This document shows positions 53,071 through 63,963 of a stretch of 64,000 nucleotides of DNA, one piece after another (position 1 is the stretch's first letter; each line of letters opens with the position of its first letter). Below the pieces are notes generated by a model. That model ran no database searches, was not told the origin of the DNA, and was given only the letters and a program-made list of their open reading frames with translations. The stretch is from Eledone cirrhosa (Eukaryota), in contig OZ024764.1 of the NCBI GenBank assembly GCA_964016885.1, positions 17,856,001-17,920,000 of the forward strand, written 5' to 3'. The translations under genes and the position numbers were made by a program.

Positions 53071-56000
53071 TATGTATATATATGTATATATGCATATGTA
53101 TGTATTTGATTATTCTGTATTAATTTTTTAAATTCTATCTTTACTCTCTCTCTCTCTCTCCCTCCATGTAACCAGATCCCTTGGGCAAGTTTTACAGGCT
53201 CAGAAAACTATATGGGAACGACAAGTATCACCAAAGTCAGTGGCCACAGTACATTCAAGGTAATAATCTTTACACACCTTTCATTAACATACTCTGATGA
53301 TGTTGTACTAATGAAACAGGTCTAATGCTGTAAGAGTCATTTTTATATTTTTAAAAAATCAAGATGTTTATACTCTAACCAATGTATTGAGGTATTGTAC
53401 TTTTTTTAAATTGTGGTCTCCTTGCAGTAGCCACCAGGAATCAACCCATAATTATATACACACACACGTGCATATATACATACACACACACACACACACA
53501 CATATATATATCACAGTAAAAAAGCACCCAGCACTCACTGTAAATGAGGTTGGTGTTAGGAAGGGCATTCAGCTGTAGAAATCAAACCAGAATCAGTTCC
53601 TGTATGAGCAAGACAAGGTCAACCAACCGGACACTGCCCACTACAGGACAACCCGTCTAACCCATGCTAGCGTGGAAGAACGGATGTAAAACAGTGATGA
53701 TGATGATGATATACACATTTACACACTCACACTCGTACAAACACACACATATACATGCATGCAAGAAGCAAAGAAAATTACAGTGATACGAAAGATTTCC
53801 TGGTGGAAGTTCAGATAAACTTTAGTCTTAATCTCAGATATATTGGCTGAGTATTCCACAGAACTAGACACTATCTCTCAGATATATTGGCTGAGTATTC
53901 CACAGAACTAGACAACATCTCTGTTATATTGGCTGAGTATTCCACAGAACTAGACAACATCTCTCAGATATATTGGCTGAGTATTCCACAGAACTAGACA
54001 ACATCTCTGTTATATTGGCTGAGTATTCCACAGAACTAGACAACATCTCTCAGATATATTGGCTGAGTATTCCACAGAACTAGACAACATCTCTGTTATA
54101 TTGGCTGAGTATTCCACAGAACTAGACAACATCTCTCAGTTATATTGGCTGAGTATTCCACAGAACTAGACAACATCTCTCAGTTATATTGGCTGAGTAT
54201 TCCACAGAACTAGACAACATCTCTGTTATATTGGCTGAGTATTCCACAGAACTAGACAACATCTCTCAGTTATATTGGCTGAGTATTCCACAGAACTAGA
54301 CAACATCTCTGTTATATTGGCTGAGTATTCCACAGAACTAGACAACATCTCTCAGTTATATTGGCTGAGTATTCCACAGAACTAGACAACATCTCTCAGA
54401 TATATTGGCTGAGTATTCCACAGAACTAGACAACATCTCTGTTATATTGGCTGAGTATTCCACAGAACTAGACAACATCTCTCAGTTATATTGGCTGAGT
54501 ATTCCACAGAACTAGACAACATCTCTCAGTTATATTGGCTGAGTATTCCACAGAACTAGACAACATCTCTCAGTTATATTGGCTGAGTATTCCACAGAAC
54601 TAGACAACATCTCTGTTATATTGGCTGAGTATTCCACAGAACTAGACAACATCTCTCAGTTATATTGGCTGAGTATTCCACAGAACTAGACAACATCTCT
54701 GTTATATTGGCTGAGTATTCCACAGAACTAGACAACATCTCTGTTATATTGGCTGAGTATTCCACAGAACTAGACAACATCTCTGTTCTATTGGCTGAGT
54801 ATTCCACAGAACTAGACAATATCTCTCAGTTATATTGGCTGAGTATTCCACAGAACTAGACAACATCTCTGTTATATTGGCTGAGTATTCCACAGAACTA
54901 GACAACATCTCTGTTATATTGGCTGAGTATTCCACAGAACTAGACAACATCTCTGTTATATTGGCTGAGTATTCCACAGAACTAGACAACATCTCTGTTA
55001 TATTGGCTGAGTATTCCACAGAACTAGACAACATCTCTGTTATATTGGCTGAGTATTCCACAGAACTAGACAACATCTCTGTTATATTGGCTGAGTATTC
55101 CACAGAACTAGACAACATCTCTCAGTTATATTGGCTGAGTATTCCACAGAACTAGACAACATCTCTGTTATATTGGCTGAGTATTCCACAGAACTAGACA
55201 ACATCTCTGTTATATTGGCTGAGTATTCCACAGAACTAGACAACATCTCTGTTATATTGGCTGAGTATTCCACAGAACTAGACAACATCTCTGTTATATT
55301 GGCTGAGTATTCCACAGAACTAGACAACATCTCTGTTATATTGGCTGAGTATTCCACAGAACTACACAACATCTCTGTTATATTGGCTGAGTATTCCACA
55401 GAACTAGACAACATCTCTGTTATATTGGCTGAGTATTCCACAGAACTAGACATCTCTGTTATATTGGCTGAGTATTCCACAGAACTAGACAACATCTCTG
55501 TTATATTGGCTGAGTATTCCACAGAACTAGACAACATCTCTGTTATATTGGCTGAGTATTCCACAGAACTAGACAACATCTCTGTTATATTGGCTGAGTA
55601 TTCCACAGAACTAGACAACATCTCTGTTATATTGGCTGAGTATTCCACAGAACTAGACAACATCTCTGTTATATTGGCTGAGTATTCCACAGAACTAGAC
55701 AACATCTCTGTTATATTGGCTGAGTATTCCACAGAACTAGACAACATCTCTGTTATATTGGCTGAGTATTCCACAGAACTAGACAACATCTCTGTTATAT
55801 TGGCTGAGTATTCCACAGAACTAGACAACATCTCTGTTATATTGGCTGAGTATTCCACAGAACTAGACAACATCTCTGTTATATTGGCTGAGTATTCCAC
55901 AGAACTAGACAACATCTCTGTTATATTGGCTGAGTATTCCACAGAACTAGACAACATCTCTGTTATATTGGCTGAGTATTCCACAGAACTAGACAACATC

Positions 56001-56672
56001 TCTGTTATATTGGCTGAGTATTCCACAGAACTAGACAACATCTCTGTTATATTGGCTGAGTATTCCACAGAACTAGACACTATCTCTCAGTTATATTGGC
56101 TGAGTATTCCACAGAACTAGACACTATCTCTCAGTTATATTGGCTGAGTATTCCACAGAACTAGACAACATCTCTGTTCTATTGGCTGAGTATTCCACAG
56201 AACTAGACAATATCTCTCAGTTATATTGGCTGAGTATTCCACGGAATCTGGACAACATCTCTCATGTTTCTCTCTTATTTTTCAGACATAGTCCTGCTCT
56301 CAGCTACTCACCTCCCAGTCCGCATCTCAGCCAGTCACTCTATACCGGCTCTCTGCGAGATGGTGAACACCACACCAAGCGGTAAGGAATACCACCACCA
56401 CCAGCTTTCTCTCTCTCTCTTCCTTCCAACCTGTCTGTCTGTTTGTCTCTCGTCCTCCTGTGAAATAGTGAACATCAAATTAAAGCGTGGGTAATACCAC
56501 CTTCATCTCAGTATCCCCCCCCCCCCCACCTTCCTACCGCACCACATTTCTATGTCTGCCTGTCTGATGTCCCCAGACAACTGAAGAGGGGACCTGTCCC
56601 TTGTTTGTGCTTTACTTTTATTTCTAAATACATATATATACACACACACATATATATATATATGTATGTATA

Positions 56673-56709
<37 letters not shown>

Positions 56710-58110
56710 TTCAAATTTATTTTTGACGCATAGAGTTACGGCCCTTGCCATTCTGAGTTCAAATCCCGCCGAGGTTAACTTTGTCTTTCATCCATACGGG
56801 GGTCGATAAAATAAAGTACCAGTAATGCACTGGGATAATTGCTGGCCTTGTGCCTAAAGTAGAAACAATTATTATTACTATACATATATATATATATATA
56901 TACATATATATATGATAGATTCAGTTTGAAACTGGTTAGACCATTACTCACCAGAGTACTCAATACTTGGGGTAGTAGAGTATGGTACATTATAAAGAGT
57001 CAGAACCCCGACAACTGAGCTGTTGCCATTTCAACAGCTAGTTCCAGGGTCTAGCTGTTGAAACGGCAAGAGCTCAGCCATCAGGGGCCCAACACTTTAT
57101 AATATATACATGAACGGCAAAGCATAAACGAACTAAGGGAAAAATTAGAAATAAAAGGGATCAGATGTTGTTTACTAGAGAGAAGACTACGTTGGTACGG
57201 TCACGTGATGCGCATGAAAGACGACAGCTGTATAAAAAAGTGCAGGGCAATAAAAATAGACGGTAGCCACGGAGTAGGCAGACCCAGAAAAACCTGGGAC
57301 GACTTGATAAATTCCGACCTCACACACTTACACCTCTCCAAGACAATGTCACTGGACCGAGATCTTTGGCGCTACACAGTAATACAGAAGACCCGCCTTA
57401 CCTAAATACAAAGTGAAACCTACTACAGTCAGTAGGCACCTCTAACAAAAATACACCCCCGTCCCACTACCCCTACCCCATCCACACTACCCCGCTTAAA
57501 TGTAAAGTTATGTTGGTACCACAACATCCAGTCCGAAACAAATGAGGTCGTGTAGGTGTCACGACAAAAAAACACACAGTCCACGCTGTAATGTGGCCGT
57601 GTAGGCAACACGGTAAAAACCTCCCAGTCCCACACTGTAAATGTGGTTGGTGTTAGGAAGGGCATCCAGCCGTAGAAAACCCGCCAGACAGTCCTATGCG
57701 AGCAAGACAACCACTCTTGCCTCAAGTGGGAAAACTCCCGTCCAAACCCATGCAAGCGTGGAAGATGGACGTTAAATGATGATGATGATGGTGATGGCTA
57801 CAAACTCTGCCAAGAGTATTGCAATCGCTTGTCAGATTCAGATGTGGGACGCTTGGATATGGCTTTTCAAGCCTGCTAGGGACTTGCACTCCTTCACACA
57901 CTGACGACAACTATGGATCTCCCTGGCTTGAGGTCCTGCATCAGGTTGCCCGTGAACCCTCACAACACCGTGGAGATCATACTTCACTGGTTCTATCTTA
58001 ACATGGCTGCGACTGTGGCTCCTGAGACCAGATTTGCTCAAGAAAATGTTTCCACACTCCGGGCACTTCAATTCAATGGAGACACCGATAGTTTCGAGAG
58101 ATACATACAC

Positions 58111-58144
<34 letters not shown>

Positions 58145-58435
58145 ATATTATATATGTATATATGTGTATATTATATATGTATATATGTGTATATGTGTAT
58201 ATTATATGTATATATAATAGGAACGATCGACTTTTGTCAAATCGGACCGAGGGAACAATGTTTCCGTTGGTCTTTCCAATTGCTAATACTATCTATCGGT
58301 CGCAACTCCAGGTAGAAGGAGCAACGTGAAATAAAGTGTCTTGCTCAAGGACATAACGCATCGCCTGGTCCAGGAATCGAACTCACAACCTTACGATTGC
58401 GAATCCAATTCTCTAACCACTCAGCCACACGCCTT

Positions 58436-58532
<97 letters not shown>

Positions 58533-61229
58533 GCACATGGCTTAGTGGTTAGAGCATTGGCCTTGCAATCGAAAGGTTGTGAGTTCAATTCTCAGACCGG
58601 GTGGTGTGTTGTTTCCTTGAGCAAGACACTTTATTTCACATTCCTCCAGTTTACTCAGCTGTAGAAATGAGATGATAGGGACTATGGTCCCTATCATTCC
58701 ACTGCAAAGTGGTCGTGGAGGTGCCACGGCAAAAAAGCACCCAGCACTCACTGTAAATGAGGTTGGTGTTAGGAAGGGCATCCAGCTGTAGAAATCAAGC
58801 CAGTATCAGTTCCCGTCCCACCCTTGAAAGCAGGGAAAAGCGGACGTAAAATGAAATGATGATATATATATGTGTATATTATATATGTATATATGTGTAT
58901 ATTATATATGTATATATGTATATTATATATGTGTATATTATATATGTATATATGTGTATATTATATAGGTATATATAATTTCTTATTTTCTTTCCTCAAC
59001 AGAAAAGAAAACCCAGAGACCAAAAAATCTGCAACAACAAAAGACAGGTGAGGAGGTTTTTTATTGTTGTTTGTGTTGTTGAGATGTTGGGGTAGCCCCT
59101 CACTAGTGGGGTGGCTGTGGTGTTGACTGTTAGGGGATGGGTGAAGGAGGGGCTGAGAGAGAGATAGGTGTGGTCAGAGAGAGAGATAGGTGTGGTCAAA
59201 CAGAGAGAGAGAGATAGGTGTGGTCAGAGAGAGAGAGAGATAGGTGTGGTCAGAGAGAGATAGGTGTGGTCAAGCAGAGAGAGAGATAGGCGTGGTCAAG
59301 CAGAGAGAGAGATAGGCGTGGTCAAGCAGAGAGAGAGATAGGCGTGGTCAAGCAGAGAGAGAGATAGGCGTGGTCAAGCAGAGAGAGAGATAGGTGGTCA
59401 GCGAGAGAGATAGGTGTGGTCAGAGAGAGAGAGAGATAGGTGTGGTCAAGCAGAGAGAGAGATAGGTGTGGTCAAACAGAGAGAGAGATAGGTGGTCAGA
59501 GAGAGAGAGATAGGTGTGGTCAAACAGAGAGAGAGAGATAGGTGTGGTCAAGCAGAGAGAGAGATAGGTGTGGTCAAGCAGAGAGAGAGAGATAGGTGTG
59601 GTCAAGCAGAGAGAGAGATAGGTGTGGTCAAGCAGAGAGAGAGAGATAGGTGTGGTCAAGCAGAGAGAGAGATAGGCGTGGTCAAACAGAGAGAGATAGG
59701 TGTGGTCAGAGAGAGAGAGAGATAGGTGTGGTCAAACAGGGAGAGATAGGTGTGGTCAGAGAGAGAGATAGGTGTGGTCAAACAGAGAGAGAGGGATAGG
59801 TGTGGTCAGACAGAGAGAGATAGGTGTGGTCAAACAGAGAGAGAGGGATAGGCGTGGTCAAGCAGAGAGAGAGAGATAGGTGTGGTCAAGCAGAGAGAGA
59901 GATAGGCGTGGTCAAGCAGAGAGAGATATAGGTGTGGTCAAGCAGAGAGAGAGAGATATAGGTGTGGTCAGAGAGAGATATAGGTGTGGTCAAGCAGAGA
60001 GAGATAGGTGTGGTCAAGCAGAGAGAGAGAGAGATAGACGTGGTCAAACAGAGAGAGAGAGATAGGTGTGGTCAAACAGGGAGAGAGAGATAGGTGTGGT
60101 CAAGCAGAGAGAGAGGTGGTCAAACAGAGTGAGATAGGTGTGGTCAAGCAGAGAGAGAGAGATAGGTGTGGTCAAGCAGAGAGAGATAGGTGTGGTCAGA
60201 GACAGGGAGGGAGGTGGGCAGAGAGTGATAGAAAGAGTGTGGTGAAGCAGACAGAGAGGGAGGGTTGTGGTCAGGGACAAGTTTTATGAGATGTTTAGAA
60301 ATGCTAAATGGTTGACCTTTGACCTTTGACCTTTCAGACCCAAAAAAACCTCTCTAAGTATGTCAAGTGAGAAACCAGTGGAATGTACTGACACATCGAA
60401 TGACAAAGAATCTGGCATCATCAAGTAAGTCATCACCTCCATCACCTCCTCCACCACCACCACCATCAATCATCACCACCATCATCATCAGCATCACCAT
60501 CAAACCATCATCACCACCACCATCACCATCACCTCCATCATCATCACCACCACCACCACCTCCATCACCACCATCATCACCATCACCTCCATCACCACCA
60601 CCAACATCACTATCACCTCCATCACCACCACCACCACCACCATCACCTCCATCACCACCACCATCACTATCACCTCCATCACCACCACCACCACCTCCAT
60701 CACCACCACCACCATCATCATCAATCATCATCACTATCAGCATCACCACCACCATCACCATCATCACCATCATCACCACCATCACCATCATCACCACCAT
60801 CATCATCACCATCACTATCACCATCATCATCATTATTGTCATCACCATCAAAGGCGGTGGATTGGCAGTGTCGGCAGGGGGTCGGACGCCGTGCTTTGCA
60901 GCACAGAGTTACGGCCCTTTACGGTCCGCGTTCAAATCCCGCCGAGGTTAACTCTGCCTTTCATATATATATGTATATAATGTGTAACATGTTACTGTTT
61001 CAGAAAGCGAAAGTCCCATTTAACTCCAACCAGTGCCAAACTCTACGAGTGGACCGATTCCCCAGATGATGAATGTACTTCTCTTAGCCCGTATGTATAA
61101 CTCACTTTTATAGCCACACTCACAGACAGACATATACTATACTGTTCCATGCGAGCATGGGTTAGACGAGTTGTCCTCTTGTGAGCAATGCCAGGTCACG
61201 TGATCTTGTCTTGCTCATACAGAACTGAT

Positions 61230-61268
<39 letters not shown>

Positions 61269-61767
61269 TCATCATCATTTCATTTTACGTCCACTTTTCC
61301 CTGCTTGCAAGGGTGGGACGGGAACTGATTCTGGCTTGATTTCTACAGCTGGATGCCCTTCCTAACACCAACCTCATTTACAGTGAGTGCTGGGTGCTTT
61401 TTTGCCGTGGCACCTCCACGACCACTTTGCAGTGGAATGATAGGGACCCCAGTCCCTATCATCTCATTTCTACAGCTGAGTAAACTGAAGCAATGTGAAA
61501 TAAAGTGTCTTGCTCAAGGAAACAACATATCGCCTGGTCTGAGAATTGAACCCACAATCTTTCGATTGCAAGGCCAATGATCTAACCACTAAGCCATGTA
61601 CCTCCATATTATATCTATTATATATGCATCTCTCTGTGCAGGAAACCCCGTCTGAATACACACGCTGCCCACCAAAACTCTCAGCAGTTTGCTCCACCAG
61701 CCAAGAAAGAGAAAAGTCAGATGAGAAAGGAGAAACACACTAACAATTCTACAAAGAGGGCCAACAG
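32709..61767 (+). CDS. YAF2: RYBP/YAF2-family gene (YY1-associated factor 2-like), 3'-partial; join(32709-32734,37363-37485,[53176-53259,56286-56381,59003-59047,60338-60424,61004-61090],61642-61767,...)
   Basis: Spliced translation [50 protein letters not shown]-...[24 protein letters not shown] resembles the recalled YAF2/RYBP N-terminus ([34 protein letters not shown]). All introns are GT-AG, phase 2. The C-terminal RING1B-binding exon is not in the window. Confidence 0.92.
35592..36770. repeat. 65-bp minisatellite, about 18 copies (YAF2 intron 1)
   Basis: Unit tagaatgtctcaggaaagaatctctgaattgagagatcacagctctgatactacagacatgtggt. Confidence 0.96.
37363..37485 (+). CDS. YAF2: YAF2/RYBP RanBP2/NZF zinc-finger exon
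   Basis: Branch-like TACTAAT near 37333, acceptor tttgcag|, W-x-C-x2-C-x3-N-x6-C-x2-C motif, donor AG|GTAAGT; 123 nt. Confidence 0.96.
38471..38810 (+). mobile_element. tRNA-derived CORE-like SINE family 1
   Basis: A box TGGCTTAGTGG, B box GAGTTCAATTC, CORE-like CCTTGAGCAAGACACTT...CAGTTTACTCAGCTGTAGAAATG, RTE-like tail and (GAT)n. Confidence 0.85.
38866..38975 (+). ncRNA. type I hammerhead motif with extended stem II
   Basis: cccg-CTGATGA-agccgca...tgcggca-GAAA-ctcgag-TC-cggg. Confidence 0.78.
39105..39450 (-). mobile_element. RTE 3' UTR fragment
   Basis: Reverse-complement similarity to 57480-57790. Confidence 0.65.
39734..40076. mobile_element. PLE-like palindrome with a hammerhead at 39924-39991 (+)
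   Basis: Inverted arms ending GAGTGCTC/GAGCACTC; CTGACGA at 39930, GAAA-cctttgg-TA at 39973-39985. Confidence 0.65.
40285..42369. repeat. 42-45 bp minisatellite (about 46 copies) derived from a piggyBac-like MITE end
   Basis: Unit gccggtttaaatactaaaggggtgagagaattctggccagataca; ends in TIR-like tttaaatgctaaagagtta. Confidence 0.93.
42605..42628 (+). CDS. candidate 24-nt phase-2 microexon (R-FHDNTIT-R)
   Basis: Long T-rich tract then tcag|, open in the YAF2 frame, weak donor AG|GTAGTA. Confidence 0.3.
44370..44426 (+). ncRNA. type I hammerhead motif (family B), well paired
   Basis: ttttat-CTGATGA-gagggtaccaaa-at-tttggtaccctt-GAAA-tatata-TA-ataaaa. Confidence 0.82.
44976..45797 (-). mobile_element. 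CR1-like LINE 3' end with an internal 61-bp tandem array (9 copies, 45178-45730)
   Basis: [44 protein letters not shown], then 3' UTR and (ATT)n tail. Confidence 0.82.
46785..47062 (-). repeat. three diverged units of about 100 bp with a SINE-like tail motif
   Basis: gagtacaagact.cccctggataggacaccagtccatc occurs 3 times. Confidence 0.6.
47094..47428 (+). mobile_element. SINE family 1 nested in a piggyBac-like MITE (MITE starts at 47068)
   Basis: Full-length copy; ATAT duplicated at both junctions of the MITE sequence ccATATccggcc. Confidence 0.85.
47615..47932 (-). mobile_element. RTE fragment with 20-bp tandem expansion
   Basis: [19 protein letters not shown]; unit ctttgtcatccttggtctcc about 12 times. 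Confidence 0.6.
49118..49822. repeat. CAC-rich low-complexity tract (similar tract at 60430-60850)
   Basis: Direct inspection. Confidence 0.9.
50565..50785 (-). mobile_element. tRNA-SINE with family-1-like head and a different tail (second copy at 58220-58438)
   Basis: Shared head GTGGCTGAGTGGT...GAGTTCGATTCC...CCTTGAGCAAGACAC with a distinct 3' half. Confidence 0.75.
50930..51135. mobile_element. piggyBac-like MITE, 206-bp unexpanded form
   Basis: TTAA|CCCTTTAGCATTTA ... TAAATGCTAAAGGG|TTAA. Confidence 0.85.
51237..51945. mobile_element. piggyBac-like MITE with 72-bp array (about 8 copies)
   Basis: Same TIRs and TTAA flanks. Confidence 0.85.
52246..53105. repeat. compound (TA)n/(TG)n microsatellite; representative of many (605-1035, 1817-2352, 3646-4030, 4245-4940, 10590-12132, 24780-25245, 37735-38252, 42712-43238)
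   Basis: Direct inspection; source of the YIYI ORFs. Confidence 0.97.
53176..53259 (+). CDS. YAF2: extra YAF2 exon A ([28 protein letters not shown])
   Basis: (CT)n tract ...accag|, 84 nt, open, phase 2-2, donor AG|GTAATA. Confidence 0.65.
53832..56265. repeat. 42/44-bp minisatellite, about 57 copies
   Basis: Unit tattggctgagtattccacagaactagacaacatctctgtta. Confidence 0.97.
56286..56381 (+). CDS. YAF2: extra YAF2 exon B ([32 protein letters not shown])
   Basis: Acceptor tctcttatttttcag|, 96 nt, phase 2-2, donor CG|GTAAGG. Confidence 0.75.
57109..57790 (+). mobile_element. RTE LINE 3' end
   Basis: ELREKLEI...[12 protein letters not shown]...[11 protein letters not shown]...DRDLWR* plus 3' UTR and (GAT)n. 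Confidence 0.88.
57790..58095 (-). mobile_element. RTE-type LINE 3' end with two C2H2 fingers
   Basis: [21 protein letters not shown] and [22 protein letters not shown], short tail ending (CAT)n, truncated at a TA tract. Confidence 0.65.
58530..58863 (+). mobile_element. SINE family 1
   Basis: Near-identical to the copies at 38471 and 47094. Confidence 0.87.
59003..59047 (+). CDS. YAF2: extra YAF2 exon C ([15 protein letters not shown])
   Basis: Acceptor ttttctttcctcaacag|, 45 nt, phase 2-2, donor AG|GTGAGG. Confidence 0.72.
59155..60205. repeat. 19-27 bp GA-rich minisatellite
   Basis: (ga)n-taggtgtggtcaagca units. Confidence 0.93.
60338..60424 (+). CDS. YAF2: extra YAF2 exon D ([29 protein letters not shown])
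   Basis: Acceptor (tgacctt)x3 tcag|, 87 nt, phase 2-2, donor AA|GTAAGT. Confidence 0.75.
61004..61090 (+). CDS. YAF2: extra YAF2 exon E ([29 protein letters not shown])
   Basis: Acceptor ctgtttcag|, 87 nt, phase 2-2, donor CC|GTATGT. Confidence 0.7.
61266..61605 (-). mobile_element. SINE family 1, antisense (5'-truncated antisense copy at 62794-63061)
   Basis: Reverse complement of 58530-58863. Confidence 0.87.
61642..61767 (+). CDS. YAF2: YAF2/RYBP conserved exon ([42 protein letters not shown])
   Basis: Acceptor tctctctgtgcag|, 126 nt, KPR...QQF.PP..KKEK pattern typical of the family, donor AG|GTAACT. Confidence 0.9.
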
Positions 61768-61884
61768 GTAACTCATACCTTACACTACTACTACTACTAC
61801 TACTACTAATAATATAATTTCTAATTGAATATTTCCATCTACCTTTCTATCTATCTATCTATCGCTCTCTCTCTCTCCCTTTCT

Positions 61885-61920
61885 TTTTCTGATGAAGGAT
61901 TAGCATCCGAAACGTTAAGA
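61885..61920 (+). ncRNA. minimal hammerhead motif (family C); sister copies at 62305-62340 and, degenerate, 30083-30112
   Basis: tttt-CTGATGA-aggat-tagc-atcc-GAAA-cg-TT-aaga; sister stem II is ggac-tagc-gtcc. Confidence 0.68.
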
Positions 61921-61949
61921 CCCTCTTCCTGTTATTTCTGTTTACCTTT

Positions 61950-62000
<51 letters not shown>

Positions 62001-62119
62001 TATATATATATATGTGTGTATATATATATATGTATGTGTGTATATATATATATACATATATATATATATCCACATTATATATATATATATGTGTATATAT
62101 ATATATATATATGTATGTG

Positions 62120-62150
<31 letters not shown>

Positions 62151-62168
62151 CCACATTATATATATATA

Positions 62169-62202
<34 letters not shown>

Positions 62203-62745
62203 CATATATATATGTATATAAAGTCAAAAGGTTGAGATAAAAACTTTCAATAACCCCCTACAATAAAATAAGCTCTTCCATTTCTTCTTCTATTTCTCAT
62301 TCTCTTTTCTGATGAAGGACTAGCGTCCGAAACGTTAATACTTTTTTCCTACTAAATCAAGCGTGAAAATAATATATTTCTTCAATGTTCTATGCCATTT
62401 GCTTTGTTATTTCTGTTTGCCTTCTGCATATATATACATACATATTATATATACATATTATACATACATATTATATATACATATTATATATATCGAGGGA
62501 GTGTAACTTGGAGTTACTGTAGGTTCACCCGGGTGAACACTCGATGTTTAGGTTCACTTCAGTGTCGAGGTGTAGAACTAGACAGAGTGTATTTCCATTA
62601 TCATTGTAAGGGGTCTGACGAACCGCAGATTACAAAGTCGGGTTAGATCGATACGGATCGAACCTTGAGCTGATCATTAGAGAAACACGTGTCACCAAAC
62701 AATAAACATAATGAAGGAGTAACCAATCGTCCTTGTTATTTTATT

Positions 62746-62794
<49 letters not shown>

Positions 62795-63056
62795 CATCAT
62801 CATCATCATCATCATTTTACGTCCACTTTTCCCTGCTTGCAAGGGTGGGACGGGAACTGATTCTGGCTTGATTTCTACAGCTGGATGCCCTTCCTAACAC
62901 CAACCTCATTTACAGTGAGTGCTGGGTGCTTTTTTGCCGTGGCACCTCCACGACCACTTTACAGTGGAATGATAGGGACCCCAGTCCCTATCATCTCATT
63001 TCTACAGCTGAGTAAACTGGAGCAATGTGAAATAAAGTGTCTTGCTCAAGGAAACA

Positions 63057-63096
<40 letters not shown>

Positions 63097-63295
63097 AAAA
63101 TAATAACAACAAAGTTGAGTTATTTTACATTGATTTCTATCTACGGTACAGACCCTACCCCCAAGGGTAGATCACATTGAAAAAAATATCAATTGATATA
63201 TTGTGTTATATATCATTTACTGGATCCCTGAACTAATATTCATGGAGCTCTTTTATTGAGAAACAATCAATATATATTCAGTATGTATTGATTAA

Positions 63296-63963
63296 CCCTT
63301 TAGCGTTTACATTACTCTATATATACTATTGTATTTTCACAGTAAAGGCTTTACCTCACATTATATCTCACATAACATTTACATTACTCTATATATACTA
63401 TTGTATTTTCACAGTAATGGCTTTACCTCACATAATATCTCACATGACATTTACATTACTCTATATATACTATTGTATTTTCACAATAAAGGCTTTACCT
63501 CACATAATATCTCACATAACATTTACATTACTCTATATATACTATTGTATTTTCACAGTAAAGGCTTTACCTCACATAATATCTCACATAACATTTACAT
63601 TACTCTATATATACTATTGTATTGTCACAGTAAAGGCTTTACCTCACATAATATCTCGCATAACATTTACATTACTCTATATATACTATTGTATTTTCAC
63701 AGGAAAGGCTTTACCTCACATAACATTTACATTACTCTATATATACTATTGTATTTTCACAGTAAAGGCTTTACCTCACATAATATCTCACATAACATTT
63801 ACATTACTCTATATATACTATTATATATACTATTGTATTTTCACAGTAAAGGCTTTACCTCACATAATATTGAATCTATGAGATTTTGATATTATTTATT
63901 TTTAGAACAATACCTTAACATAAGTATAAGTGGCTGGATATGGCCGGTTTGAATGTGAAAGGG
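63296..63963. mobile_element. piggyBac-like MITE with 72-bp array
   Basis: TTAA|CCCTTTAGC ... AAAGGG|TTAA. Confidence 0.8.

Noticed and set aside
53288-53325. Hammerhead-like CTGATGA...GAAA-cagg-TC
   Set aside because: Stems I and II do not pair convincingly.
57838-58110. Host C2H2 zinc-finger gene
   Set aside because: Truncated at a TA tract, no splice sites or TGEKP linkers, and followed by a LINE-type tail shared with 21895-22105.
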